The notes under the pieces are model-generated. The model saw only the letters and a list, made by a program, of their open reading frames with translations, was not told the origin of the DNA and ran no database searches. From the NCBI RefSeq assembly GCF_006345805.1, contig NW_021833065.1, forward strand, positions 310,001 to 374,000: a DNA stretch of 64,000 nt. Direction: 5' to 3'. Origin of the DNA: Octopus sinensis. Its lineage: Eukaryota. A program made the position numbers and the translations under genes. Shown here piece by piece: positions 1-12,650 of the stretch; the stretch's first letter is position 1, and every line of letters begins with the position of its first letter.

Positions 1-100
1 ACACCTGGATAAAGTCACCTCCCCATCTCTCAAACACATTCCCATTCAGTTGAGGGAACTTTTTCTTTCCATTTTTTTTTCCTTATCTTACAAACTTGGC

Positions 101-300
101 AATCTCACTAGTGCCAGTGTCACAAAAAAGGCAGCCAGTATCCACTGTAAAGTGGTTGGCAATAGGAAGGGCATCTAACTGTAGAAACCATGGCAAAGCC
201 AACAGTGGAACCCAACAGAGCCCTGCACCTCATCAGATCTTGTCAACCTGTCCAACCCATACCTACATGTAAAGTGGACAGTCAATGATGATGATGATGA
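101..300 (+). mobile_element. Degenerate RTE-LINE 3' tail / RTE-related SINE
   Basis: gtggttggc..aggaagggcatc..gtagaaac..ccaacccat core with a (GAT)n tail, shared with many copies in the window. Confidence 0.6.
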
Positions 301-590
301 TATATATATATAATATGATATCACACACACACACATATGAGTGATTAGTATCAAAATTGTAAATGCCATCTTTTATTATGAAATTCACAAGGAGTTTACA
401 ACTTTTTTTTGTAACTATATATTATGTAACTGACATTATAACGACTAAGGTAGCGCCCATGGTAAATAACCTCACATAGGTATCTATACCATTTCTCCCC
501 GCGTAATTTCAAATAATTAATACATTTTCCAGTGAGTAAATTAAACATTTCTTTTTCCTATTTGTAAAAGTATAACATTTTATGTTTTAG

Positions 591-687
591 GACCGAGTTC
601 CTTTCGCTGTTGTTGGCAGTAACACTGTGATTGACTGCAATGGAAAGAGAATGCGTGGACGTCAATATCCATGGGGGATTGTTGAAG
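591..687 (+). CDS. SEPT7: Septin-7 (peanut-like) internal exon; earlier exons lie upstream of the window
   Basis: ttttag|...|gttag boundaries. Translates [32 protein letters not shown], the septin RGRQYPWG motif. 97 nt, ends in phase 1. Confidence 0.95.
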
Positions 688-1229
688 GTTAGAATAATAT
701 TTTTCAAAGATAAAAATAAAATAAAGATGACTTTAGTATAAAATTAAATCTAAGAAATTTTCTTTTTCCAACATTCAATAAATAACTTTTTAACTATTTT
801 AATGCTCTGGTAATTGATTGACAATAGTAAAGACTAAGTAAAAAAACCTTGTACTCACACCATTGCTAAAAGCATATTGGTTATGACTACAAACTCTGGT
901 GGGGCGGGGCAATGGGTTTAATAAAACTGGTAAGAATTTCCCTGTTTACTTACCAAAAAAATCAAAATGATAATAATCAATAAATGTTGTGGCTTTTGGG
1001 TTTTTTTAAGACACACAATTTTTTTTTCCCAGTAAACTTTTTGCATTAAATATGTTAACACTATGTTAGCTACTGTTGTTTTTTTCATACTGATGGCATC
1101 AGAATAACTTATTCTGTGAACATTCCTATTTTTCTACACCAATAAGTGCACATACTTGCCTATTTGTAACTTTTATTGGCGTAATTACATAATGATCACT
1201 AATAGATTACTTGTTTATTTTACTTCCAG

Positions 1230-1281
1230 TTGAAAATCTTGAGCATAATGACTTTATTGCTCTTCGAAATATGCTGATTCG
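1230..1281 (+). CDS. SEPT7: Septin-7 internal exon
   Basis: ttccag|...|gtaaga. Translates (V)ENLEHNDFIALRNMLI(R). 52 nt, phases match both neighbours. Confidence 0.95.
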
Positions 1282-1934
1282 GTAAGAAAATGTTTAAAAT
1301 ATTTAAAGAAACCCAATTGAACCCTTTTGTTCTAAATCAGTTACTGGGATGTTTCTTAATTTCTGGTAGCAGTTTATTCAAAATTACGCACCAATAAAAT
1401 AAATTGGAATTGACAAAATACGATACTATACAAATCCTTGCAATTTCAAAAGAATTCTTTTTATGATTTTTATATGTAGACAGTTTGGATATTAAATGAT
1501 GATGTTCTACAGTCTATTCTTGGTGCTAACTATATACTGTTTTATGAGAAGATATTCACATCATTGTCAATACTTTTGACCCTCAAAGAGCACAAGATTT
1601 AATGTTTATAGCATTTAGCTGATATTCCATATTTCAATGGATTCCCCAAGTTATCAATTAGTGCCAAATGAAACTCACTTTATTATTTAAATTTAGTAAA
1701 AGAAGAATATTTTTATTTGGTCTTAAGTTAATTTTTTAAGCCTCTTTTTTTTTTTCTTTGATAAATTATATGCCTATTTGGCTTAAACAAATGTCTCTGT
1801 TGCTTGTACCTTACAATATGATCTTTAAAATTTATGCAATACTTCTTTGAAACTTGAGGTTTAAATTCACTGTCATGCTTCTTTGTTTTACTAAAATTGA
1901 CTTACATATTTGGTAGGTATTAGCTTGTAACTTT

Positions 1935-2318
1935 GGAGGCGCAATGGCCCAGTGGTTAGGGCAGCGGACTCGCGGTCATAGGATCACGGTTTCGATTCCC
2001 AGACCGGGCGTTGTGAGTGTTTATTGAGCGAAAACACCTAAAGCTCCATGAGGCTCCGGCAGGGGGTGGTGGTGATCCCTGCTGTACTCTTTCACCACAA
2101 CTTTCTCTCACTCTTACTTCCTGTTTCTGTTGTACCTGTATTTCAAAGGGCCGGCCTTGTCACTCTCTGTGTCACGCTGAATATCCCCGAGAACTAGGTT
2201 ACGGGTGCACGTGTCTGTGGAGTGCTCAGCCACTTACACGTTAATTTCACGAGCAGGCTGTTCTGTTGATTCGGATCAACCGGAACCCTCGTCGTCGTAA
2301 CCGACGGAGTGCTTCCAC
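1935..2318 (+). mobile_element. Young tRNA-derived SINE with 12-bp TSD in a SEPT7 intron
   Basis: A-box-like TGGCCCAGTGGTT and B-box-like GGTTTCGATTCCC. CpG-rich. Flanked by tagcttgtaact at 1921-1932 and 2319-2330. Confidence 0.85.
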
Positions 2319-4860
2319 TAGCTTGTAACTGTAAATCATTGAGTAAAGCAGATTTTTTTAGATTATAAATGTAATCTGATGGGAGGAATAGAGGAAGCTA
2401 TCCTCAAGCTAGACACCAGGCCTGGATACTTCCAATAGAATGAATTCTTCCAAATGCACCCAAGGACCAGGTGGTAGTGTTAAACAAGGTGTCAGATTAA
2501 GTCTAAGAGCTCAGAAGACAAGGAGCTAGAGCAAATACCATAAAGCATCCTGTCTAATGCTCCAATAATTCTGACAATACACTCTCCATGACTCATACTT
2601 TCATTTTATTGGTCATGAAAGGATGAAAGGCAAACAACGCAAAGCATATTGTCCTACACCAATTTTGTCTTTTACTGCCAATTTACTGTCTAGAATGTTT
2701 TTAATTATTCATTATAATATATATGCCTTGCCTTGGCTCTTCAGCTATTGATGGAATGACATACTATATGTCTTGGACAGTTTTAGACCATCTTTCTCCA
2801 GCTCTGACCACAACCAATTTCTTCCAAATAAAAAGATAGACAGACAGCAGAAAAGGAAAAGAGAGAGAGAGAAATCAATCCACTACTAGGCTGGTACTTT
2901 ATTTATCTTGGAAAGATGATCGAATGTTGATTTTAGCACTAATATCCAGAATGATTACCACTAAACAATCTATCTAAAGCTTTAACAGCCCTGCCAATTG
3001 GTCATCTAGTATATATAAATTACAGTATATATGTGTGTGTGTATATTGACTGACACATACATTTCCACAATTCTCAACTGATTTTCACCAAACTTTACAC
3101 ACACATTACTTATGTCCTAAGGATGGTCATGCACTATAACATTTTGCCCAGAGCTCCCGTGTAAATGAACAAACTGGGGAAAATGGTGGTTTATACTGGT
3201 TTTTCTCTAATTTGTTGTATGCACATATTTTGTATGTAGGGTCTTCTATACTTTTTTTTAATCTATATAGTTGTATATTGGCATTAGAAAATATGTTTTA
3301 TTGGTTTTCACATTTTTTTTATTTATTATTTATTTATATGTTGTAATTGTGTATTATTACTTACTTAGAGAATATTATAAAAGTGAAAGGATTTTGTGTC
3401 TTTATTTATTTCGACTGTCTGCTTGTAACAGTGATTAAATTGGCTAGGAACACTGTATGCGATGAATATCCAATACCAAACAATTTTACTCTCCATATTT
3501 AAACTGCATTAAAATTTGGCAAGCTTACCTTTACCTATTCTGAGTTACTTGAAAGGTGATGTTCCCTTCCCTCTCTTCTTTTTATTCATACCTTTGTTTA
3601 CCCACCAATGCATTGTTTCACTTTAAGGATGCTTATTTACCCATCCATTATGATTTTTCGACAGCGACATCTTTTCACTGCGAACTGCTAATGATTCAAA
3701 GCAGTATTCGTGAACTGAAGTCAAACTCTTCATGTCTTCATTTTTTGTTACCTGAAGTCAATTTCAGAGTGGTCGTACACTGTAAGTAGGTAGCAAATAC
3801 ATTCCTTTAATTCTACTTTTCCAAGTAGGTATTGCCATTTTTGAATGTACCAATCATACTTCTCTCTGAAAAAGTAGCTCCCTTTGCCGACGAATAAAAT
3901 AAACTCGCAAAGAGGAAGTTTCACATCTTCTTTCAATTTCCTTATACCATTTATGTAGCTATTTCTGCCAAGAAATTTAGCTTTCATGTAAAACAACTAT
4001 ATTTTGTAGTCATTATCCATAATATACTCCCAAAACACTTCAGTAGCTCTTGCATCACTTGCAAACTTCTGTTCTATGATCATTAAAGTGTTATGACCTC
4101 CACAATAACCAGCCATCAATTTGGTTTTCCATTCCTAGGTTAATTGGAAACAGATTGCCATGCTACTCATAAAACTTCTTGGTAGTTCAATTATTTGGTG
4201 AAAAAAATACCACCAAAGCAACTTAAGCCATCCAAAGGAATGGATGCATTTGCTTGTGTGTATGTATATATATATAGGGAGAGTTAACGGAAAAAAACAA
4301 AAGACGAAAACAGGTGGTGTACAAAACAGATGTATCAGTATAACGCTCAGGAATAGAAAAAGTCTTTTACGTTTCGAGCATATGCTCTTCTACAGAATGG
4401 GACACAGAAAACAAGGAGAGAAAAAAATGTGTGTAGTGGCTAATGATCTATCATATAAACCATGCCAAAACAGACATTGGAATTGGGCACTGTCTTCTGG
4501 TTTATCAGTTCCTGTAAAACCATTAACAACGGTAGTAGCAATATATTAAAGTAATGCTGAAAATATTGCTAAAATGAAACAGAAAGCTTAATGCCTGGAA
4601 TATGCAATGCTGATGATTTTTTTATATCACTTTGAATTTAGGGTCAATAAAATTAGTCTCTTTCATAGCAATAGTAAAAGGAAAAAAAAAACTAAAAGAA
4701 AAACAAATCTGTGTAACTGTTAATCATTTGTTAGCTTTCAATGCTGCAGATACATTTCATGGTATAATGTTGAACAGACAACTAAATTTGGACAATTTTA
4801 ACTATACTTTTTCACTGACTGACTATTAGAATGTTTCCTTCTTAATTTATTCTTTCTTAG

Positions 4861-4974
4861 GACACACATGCAAGACTTAAAAGATGTGACCAATAATGTG
4901 CATTATGAAAATTATCGCTATAGTAAGCTAGCTCCTGTCACTGCTGATGGAAAAGTAAAAGCATCTCTTGGAAA
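4861..4974 (+). CDS. SEPT7: Septin-7 internal exon
   Basis: ttcttag|...|gtaagt. Translates [56 protein letters not shown] is SEPT7-group specific. Confidence 0.96.
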
Positions 4975-5173
4975 GTAAGTATTCCTTGTTTTCCTGTTAT
5001 TTTCTAGATGAGATAAAGTCTTATACTTGAATGTTTTAGTTAGATAAGCAAAATCAAGATATTTCATCAATGCAAATAACAATGAAAATATCCAACAAGA
5101 GAAACTAATTATTGGAGCTATTAAAATTTACTGTTAATTAAATTATCTTTTTCTATCCCCGCTTTTTTCTTAG

Positions 5174-5309
5174 GGATCCCCTCACACAAATGCAAGAGGA
5201 AAAGCGTGAACATGATGCTAAAATGAAGAAGATGGAGGCTGAAATGGAACAAGTTTTCGAAATGAAGGTCAAAGAAAAGAAGACCAAATTAAAGGACTCT
5301 GAAGCTGAT
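5174..5309 (+). CDS. SEPT7: Septin-7 exon, start of C-terminal coiled coil
   Basis: ttcttag|...|gtgagt. Translates [45 protein letters not shown], matching the SEPT7 coiled coil. Confidence 0.96.
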
Positions 5310-5852
5310 GTGAGTTGATTAAGTTTCTAAATATACATGTATCATTGACTACTTTGATATATCAACAGTAAAAGGACTATTGTTACCAATGTTTTTTAGT
5401 TTTAATTATCAATAATAATTGGTGTGTGTTCAGATTTGATTACATCATGATTAATGCTTGAAGAAAGTGTGTGTGTGTTATATATGTATAAAGTTTACAG
5501 GCTTCGTTGAAGATCAGAATTCTTTGATTCTATGTTCTATTTAATTATCTTTTTAACTAATTCTCATCCTAAAAGATAAAGAGAGAAATGAAAAGAACTC
5601 ATTAAGCAACTGTATACCCACTTTTGCCTATATACAAATTTAGTTTTTCTTATATAATTAATCATTAGAAAGAACAACTGACCATCATGAACACATTACC
5701 CTTTATTACTGACTGAATATATAGTCAATATAGTATAAGTATACTGAACAAGAATGGCAGATTTTACTAGGCAGGGCAGGTATAGATAGGTTTATTGAGA
5801 AATTAGTTTTTTCTAAAATGCATTCATAAATTCTATTGAAATAAAATTTTAG

Positions 5853-5998
5853 TTGCAACGAAGAGCTGAGCAGATGAAGAAAAGTTTAGAACAACAACAG
5901 AAAGAACTTGATGAGAAATGGTCTGCCTTTGAGAAAGAAAAATCCACTTGGGAAGAGCAGATGGGAGAAAGAAGACGCTCACTAGAGAATACAAAAGA
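5853..5998 (+). CDS. SEPT7: Septin-7 exon, coiled coil
   Basis: ttttag|...|gtaagt. Translates LQRRAEQMKKSLEQQQKELDEKWSAFEKEKSTWEEQMGERRRSLENTK and ends in phase 2 (GA). Confidence 0.94.
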
Positions 5999-8092
5999 GT
6001 AAGTTAATCCCTTTTAATCAGATTACCGTATTTTCCCTTTATTCTTTTGTTGTTCCTCACTCCAGTATATATGTCTATTTTATGTTGTTCTTCTTTGATC
6101 ATGGAAATAAGTGCAAGTCATTTCTTTAGCAATACAATTTTTATGTAAATGTCAGTGACTCATAGTTATTATCTAAACTGTATGATAATTTATAAACTTA
6201 AATTATATATATTCTGAAAATATAATTTAGATATCACGTCCGAATCAAACCAAGGAAACCATGTTTCCATTTGCTGGTAATGTCAGTTGCAACTCTTGAC
6301 AAAAAGTCAGCAGTTGTGAAGCCCAAGTAAGGAAACTAAATAGTAGAAATATAATATTCCACAGACAATGAGAAACAACAAAAATATCAAGGCACCACCA
6401 AAGCTTTTCAGATGTTGAACTAGGAATATATTGAGGATAATATGAAATAAATCATTTTTTTGCAAATGAACAGTTTTGATGAACATTCTTTTACTACAAC
6501 TAATTGCCTTACGTTAACATGTTACTGCAGTTTTTGTAAGACATCCATAGAATCATCGGTGGTCTATTTGAACCTAATAGCAACACAATATTAATATGAT
6601 GTTATTGTTAGGTATGCATATGAGAAAGAAAAACAGAACTTTCAATACCTCTTCCCTCAATCCCTTAAACTAAAAGTTAGTCAACATTTTACACACCATT
6701 GAAGGATATACTCACTGGGGGTTCAGAAGCCTGACTTGGTGAGTACTAGGGCATTCCTGAAAAAAAAAACCCAGAAAATCTATATTCTGAAAGCAGGTAG
6801 GAGTAAAAGACAAGATGGGCAACCCCTTTTCAAGTATTCAGAAAGCTTTGCCTGTTAAGCAGTTGCTTTCTCCTTCATTTAGAATGCTTTGGCTGAAGGT
6901 GTGTGACATTTAGCTTATCTTTTCCTCTTTTGTTATCTGCAGTTAATACATTCTGTGCTTGACTATTCTCAGCAGACTCACTTGCTGTCTCGTTGCAGTT
7001 TTCCATTTCTTTGCATGAGTATATCACAACTGGCCATATTTTCATTTTTTTTTTCTTGCACTAAAAAAAAATTCAGTTTATTAAAAAAAAGGCAATTCAA
7101 AACTTGATTCACTTTGTTTTCCTTTAATGAAAATACTTAAAAATCAATAAAAATGTGTAACACTTGTTACTTGGCTTTGTATGTTTTTTATGATCTGTTG
7201 ATTTAATATTGCTATATCCTTGATTTCATGAGACAACAACTTACAATGAGGTATTTAAATTGCAATGGTATATAACATTATCTCAATCTAGATGAAAATC
7301 AAACAAATTGATCAACTGAAGTTAATTCTAACATTTCTGACACTATTTATTTTGTATTTTCTGGGGTTTTTTTTTTGTATATTTGAAGTACGGGTGTAAA
7401 TAAAAATTTCGCTCTGCTTCTTTTTTACTAAATAGATCCACTGTCATAGAAACTGGAAGTAGGTTTTTTTTTGTTGTTGTCGTTGTTGTTGGAGGTTTAT
7501 AAGGTGTATACATTAACATATTAATATCCTTACTGCTTTCTCTCTTTATTTATCTAGCTATATATTCTCATTTTAGAAATGTGAGAAGTTCTCAAATCTT
7601 GATCCAAAACATTGTTTATTTAACAAGAAGGAAATGCTTTAGTGCAACTTTTATTATTAAGACAACTACCTTGAATGTTCAGTTTTCATTGTAAATTTTC
7701 TCTACCCTCTACTTAGTGACATAGATAATGTGTGAAAAAGACTGAAGTATATATATAAGTGGTACTTTTGGCTTATCTCTCATATCATATAATTTTGGTC
7801 TGATGTTGGTATTTGCTATTATGGAAATATTAGGTTTGTGAACAATAGCCCTTGGTATATGTTACCTTGTTTTCCATTTGTAATAACTAAGATAGTTATC
7901 TATATATTTTGTGATGGTAGTCTACTTCACCAGTTTGTTAATCTGTCTAACAGCTTTACATATAATCTCAAAATAATTTAATCCTGGTAGAAACATTTGA
8001 TACATACTTTAGGTATGATGTTACATCCTGTTGGCATTAACAAATCATATAGTTGAAGAGTTTTATCATGTTGTGACCACTCGTAGTCTTAG

Positions 8093-8760
8093 GCTGGGTT
8101 TTGAGTGTAATCTCAAAAAAACATCCCAAATGCTGAAAATCACAATCTCAAAACCCCAGAAAATATATTCAGGAAAAAAATTATTTTTTTAAAAATTCTT
8201 AAAGGACATTTCTTATGATTTTAAAATGGGATTTATTTAAGAAATATTAAAATACAATTACTTCAAAAAGCTTTTAAGTGTATTTCAAGGATAGGCTCCA
8301 TTGGTGAACATACGTTCCAGCAACTTTAAGAATTGGGAATGTAAAGAGTTTCTTTGTCAGATACTTTTACTCTTTAAATATTGAATACTTTTGTTCTTAA
8401 ACTATTGAATACGTCTGTTCTTTTACTGCAAATATGTGTACAGTGATGAATAGCTTTTGGATGAAGTCATAAACATGTTTGATATTGAAACTACATCCCC
8501 GATTATGTCTTCCATATCCTTCCATATAATGACAGTAAATCATTGAATTCAAGATTGTATTTCTGTAGGCAGTGTAGAATGGTATTTATACATCAAAAAG
8601 ATGAAGTCGAAGGGAGATAAACAAGATGCAAGAATTGTTTTGGATTTTAATCTTTAAATACGACATTTGTGATGGAAGGTTTTCGGGGAGTTTTGAGGAA
8701 TTTTAATGTTTGGGATTATAGCATTTAGAATTGGTTGTTCAGGATTATCAGGCTATAACT
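8093..8760. mobile_element. Possible decayed MULE-like non-autonomous DNA element
   Basis: Degenerate long terminal inverted similarity (taatc..aaatgct..aatccc..aaaacccc.gaaaa versus its reverse complement). The family assignment is inference. Confidence 0.3.
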
Positions 8761-9479
8761 GTTTGGCATATGAATTCCTTAACCTTCACTGGTCTATCAT
8801 TATTTGCATTTCTACAAGATATTGATACTCTCCTGTGTTATCTCTCATGAGTAGTTATTTGTTTGAAAACTTGTCTTTAGAAATTATAAATATTGTAGAC
8901 CCTCTTTAAGTTAACTGTTTTCTCTCACTAGTTTTTCTAATGAAAGCTCAGTATGATTTCAGTTAGTCTGTTTTGGTAAAAACATATCTTAGCTATTGAT
9001 AGATTTATATCAGGGTTTTGATAAACTTTCTTTCTCTAGTAAATGGGCAAGCTTGCAAATCTTATCAAATAAATGACAAAATCAATGATGATGATACTAA
9101 AGGATCTCTTATTCTTTGATCTCTTCACTTGCTAAGAATATTTTTCTATTGTTAAAACCAGATATTTAGAATAACATCAGTAACCATCATATATACTACA
9201 TTTAATTTTACATTACTTCTCAACATTTGAACAATTAGAAGTCCTCTGAGCACCATGATAGAAGGCAGAAAACCTCACAGAGCAATTATAAAAGATAGGG
9301 AATCTTGATGTTGTGATGATTGGATAGATGGATGGATGAAAATGTGTACTTGTGCAACTTTTTGTTTTTCAGTAATACTAAATAAGATTAAAACCACTTT
9401 CAAGAAATTATTATCCATTATTGTGCTACTTTCAATCTTTAGAAACACAATCGATGTGTGCCCCTCTCAAGAAAGGCAA

Positions 9480-9790
9480 CTCCTCTAATCCCGCCAACAA
9501 CCATTATATTACATACATACACTTCCAATGTCTTAAAGGTGATGGCAACAGCTATTAACAACATTCTCCAACACTTGATCTTTCTCGCTCTCTAATGGTC
9601 ACCAGTACATAAAACCATATTTACTAGACTCACACTCCTCCTATGTCACTAACAAGTGGGATCTTACCCTCAAGAAATTTAATGAAAGCAGTGATGTGGC
9701 CCCTGATATTGGCAAAGCTTTCAGCTATGTCTTGTACATGAATCTCTTGCCAAAAATGTCTACCTGTGGGCTCCATTCATTTGTCAGATT
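9480..9790 (+). mobile_element. Degenerate CR1/L2-group LINE RT fragment
   Basis: Reads YVTNKWDLTLKKFNESSDVAPDIGKAFSYVLYMNLLPKMSTCGL, a decayed (A/L)DISKAFD RT motif. Confidence 0.55.
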
Positions 9791-10960
9791 GCACTACTGC
9801 AGAGCATACTAATAAAGTTCTCTTTGACTCTAAGTGTGATCTTTAGCTTCAGTTTTGTTTCCCATATTCTTTCTCTTATACATAACAATCTACTCTCCAT
9901 CAACTCTGCTAATACCATTCCTAAGTTGATACTTAATTTTTTATGAAGAGGTATTGCTGTGTTTCTAGTGTATTTCATTCATACTAAACTGTTCATAGTT
10001 AAGCACTAACAATCATAAAGGAAGGAGTCACATTAGAAATAAGAATTCGCACAAATATTACATATCTTTACATAAAATGTTTCTTAATATCTTCATTTAG
10101 ATATAATGTTATAGTATATCCGGGGTTGTTAATTAGATAAGCAGTATATATTTTACAAAAGAGGTAGAATATTAAACTTCCTTGGAACTTTTTCTCTAGT
10201 ATTAGCTTTTGAAACTAGCTTTCAGGACATTTTCATTCAGAGTTAAAAGCATAATAAAGAGATCATTTAATGTGTGAAAGCTTGCATAAGTCTCCTAACT
10301 TGTGATTTGCCTAGAAGCAATTCCAAATTGTAACCATTTAGAGAACCATGGGATTCTGTTCCAAATTAGCTTTAAAAAAAATACAACGGCTCATATAATG
10401 TGGGAAGAGAAACTTTTATCAATGTTTGCAAATATATTATGCATATTACTAAATGGCATTTCTCAGTGCACTGGTAAGGGTTAGAATAGTAGTGTTAGTA
10501 TGAACATATGTTCATAAGTAGTAAATGTTGGGTTTGCATTTATAATTGTATTTGATTTCTTTACTAGAAAATAGATGCTATTGTATTTCCATATATTCAA
10601 TGTTATCTCTTTCTTAAGTTTATTTTTATTGATTCGTGTGACGAGTTGCAAAGACCCTGTATTTTAAAGGAAAATTAGGATATTGCAACATTCATACCTT
10701 CCACAAGGGTAATAATGGTGTAAGTAAAATGAACTTACATCAACTAAGAATCAAAACCAATGAGAAGCTTTTCTTGCTTGCTTGCTCTACATGTTGTAAG
10801 CTTTGTATCTTATTTTCATAATTTATTTTAATTCTAAGCTATATTTTCTTTTCAAGAGGCAAGATAAGCATGCTTTCTTAACTTGAAAGTTGACTGCCCC
10901 GGGTGGTTGGGTGTATAATTGTATAATTACTGAGCACTGATATATCATAATATTACCTTT

Positions 10961-11176
10961 TACTTGTTTTCAGTTGTTGGACTGCTGCCAAACTGGGGTA
11001 CTTATTTTCTAAGTATGGCACTTATTCTATTGATCTCTTCTGCTGAACCTATTAAATTATGGGGATGTAAACAAACTAACACTAGTTGTCAAGTGGTCAT
11101 GTTGGGGACAAACAGAAACATAAACACACATATGCATGTATTCATATGTATATGTGTATGTGTGTGTATATATATA

Positions 11177-11228
<52 letters not shown>

Positions 11229-11440
11229 CATACATACGTACATACACACACACACACACATACATACATACATACATACATACATACACACACACACATA
11301 ATGGGCTTCCATTCAGTTTCTGATTACCAAATTCACTCACAAGACATTGGTCAGCCTGGGTTACAGTAGAAGTCACTTGCCCAAGTTGTCACCCAGCAGG
11401 ACTGAACCCAAGACCATGTGGTTACAAACACAGCCTTTTT
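10961..11440 (-). mobile_element. tRNA-derived SINE with internal TG/TA/TACA microsatellite
   Basis: Reverse complement of the family at 33470-33872. Compound microsatellite at ~11130-11300. Confidence 0.7.
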
Positions 11441-11450
11441 ACCTATGTTT

Positions 11451-11826
11451 ATGTAGGTATAACTGTGTGGTAAGAGGTTTGCTTCCCACCCACATGGTTC
11501 CAGCTTCAGGTTCAGTCCCACTGTGTAGAACCTTGTGCAAGTGTTTTCTACTATAGCCTCAGGCCAACCAAAACCATGTGAGTATATATGATAGATGGAA
11601 ACTAAAAGAAGCCTGTTTGTGTGTGTATGTTTATGTCTGTGATTGTGTCCCTACCACTGCTTGTCGACCAGTGTTGACTTGTTTATGTTCCCATAATTTA
11701 GTGGTTCAGCAAAAGAGACTGATGGAATAAGTACCAGGCTTTAAAGAATAAATAAAATTCTTCAAGGCAGTGCCCCAGTGTGGCTGCAGTCTAATGATTG
11801 AAACCTGTAAAAAGAAACAAAAGAAA
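11451..11826 (+). mobile_element. tRNA-derived SINE (same family, opposite strand)
   Basis: ctgtgtggtaag...ggttcagtcccactg...gatggaaact.aaagaagcc...ggttcagcaaaagagac...gaataagtac. Confidence 0.7.
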
Positions 11827-12585
11827 AGTTTTGTTTGAAATTATGTGCTAGTGTCTAATATGAATAAAACATTTTTCCTGTTGCATCTGGCATTTTATCA
11901 GTGACAGAATTTTACAATGGCTGCAATACATAAATGCAACCATGTGATATTTGAATAAATTTATATTTTAAATGAGAAATATGAGCTTCACAGTTAATCT
12001 TTTCACCATTTTGCTTTACAAAATACACTGGATAACACTAAATCAGTAATGATCTTTTATTCTTATTGGAAGGATTACTTTTGATATATTTTAGTACTTG
12101 TATACAATGTAGCTTTATTTAGAGATTTATTTTCTTGCTATGGAAATAGTCTTTAATATTAGTTTCAAATCATAAAACTAAGGGGAGATAATTATATTTA
12201 ATTCTTTTCTAATCACTAAACATGATTACTTTTTGTCTGTAAATATATATATATATAATGATTCTTTCTTAATGTACTAATTCTTTTTAACAAATTAACA
12301 TTATTAATTAATTGAATTATTTTCTTTGAAGTCTGAATTCCCTTGATACCTCACATAATCCCTCTAACAGTTTGGGTAATTTTTATCTTGCTTTCCTAAG
12401 AGAGTAAAAAACAATAAAGACAAAGAAAATTTTGAAGTATTTTTAACCTACTAAAAAGCCCTTTAAAGGGGATACAATAATAGGTCATTTCCAGTAGTAA
12501 TATCTACTACATTAACATTCTTCATCCTGCATCTAAACTCTAAGGAAACATTATTCCATTCTGGTAAAGTTTCTTTCGCTTTCAG

Positions 12586-12650
12586 TGCGGCCTGGTCTAC
12601 TTTTTTTCGGTTGAAACGCTAAATTGATCAAAATATCACAAGGAGAGCAG
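12586..12650 (+). CDS. Candidate alternative cassette exon of SEPT7 (alternative C-terminus DAAWSTFFRLKR*, stop at 12620-12622)
   Basis: Acceptor ttctttcgctttcag and donor CAG|gtatgt. Open in the incoming phase. Downstream (T)GCATG and ACTAAC motifs. No transcript evidence. Confidence 0.4.

Noticed and set aside
1230-1281. HNDF instead of the usual septin HCDF
   Set aside because: HNDF also occurs in SEPT2-type septins, so it is a tolerated variant. The rest of the protein is clearly SEPT7.
1497-1622. Possible C/D box snoRNA (ATGATGA...CTGA) in a SEPT7 intron
   Set aside because: There is no terminal stem or recognisable guide, and such motifs are frequent given the (GAT)n repeats in this genome.
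1935-2010. tRNA gene
   Set aside because: The tRNA-like head continues into a ~310-bp body and is flanked by a TSD, so it is a SINE.
7436-7458. 23-nt AG..GTAGGT micro-exon candidate in the SEPT7 last intron, which would shift into the long alternative frame of the terminal exon (ORF 20560-20901)
   Set aside because: The acceptor is weak, the exon is frame-shifting, and the product is unrecognisable. Such signals are common by chance.
10964-11376. Several 70-120 aa ORFs rich in CV/YI/TH
   Set aside because: They are translations of TG/TA/TACA microsatellites within a SINE.
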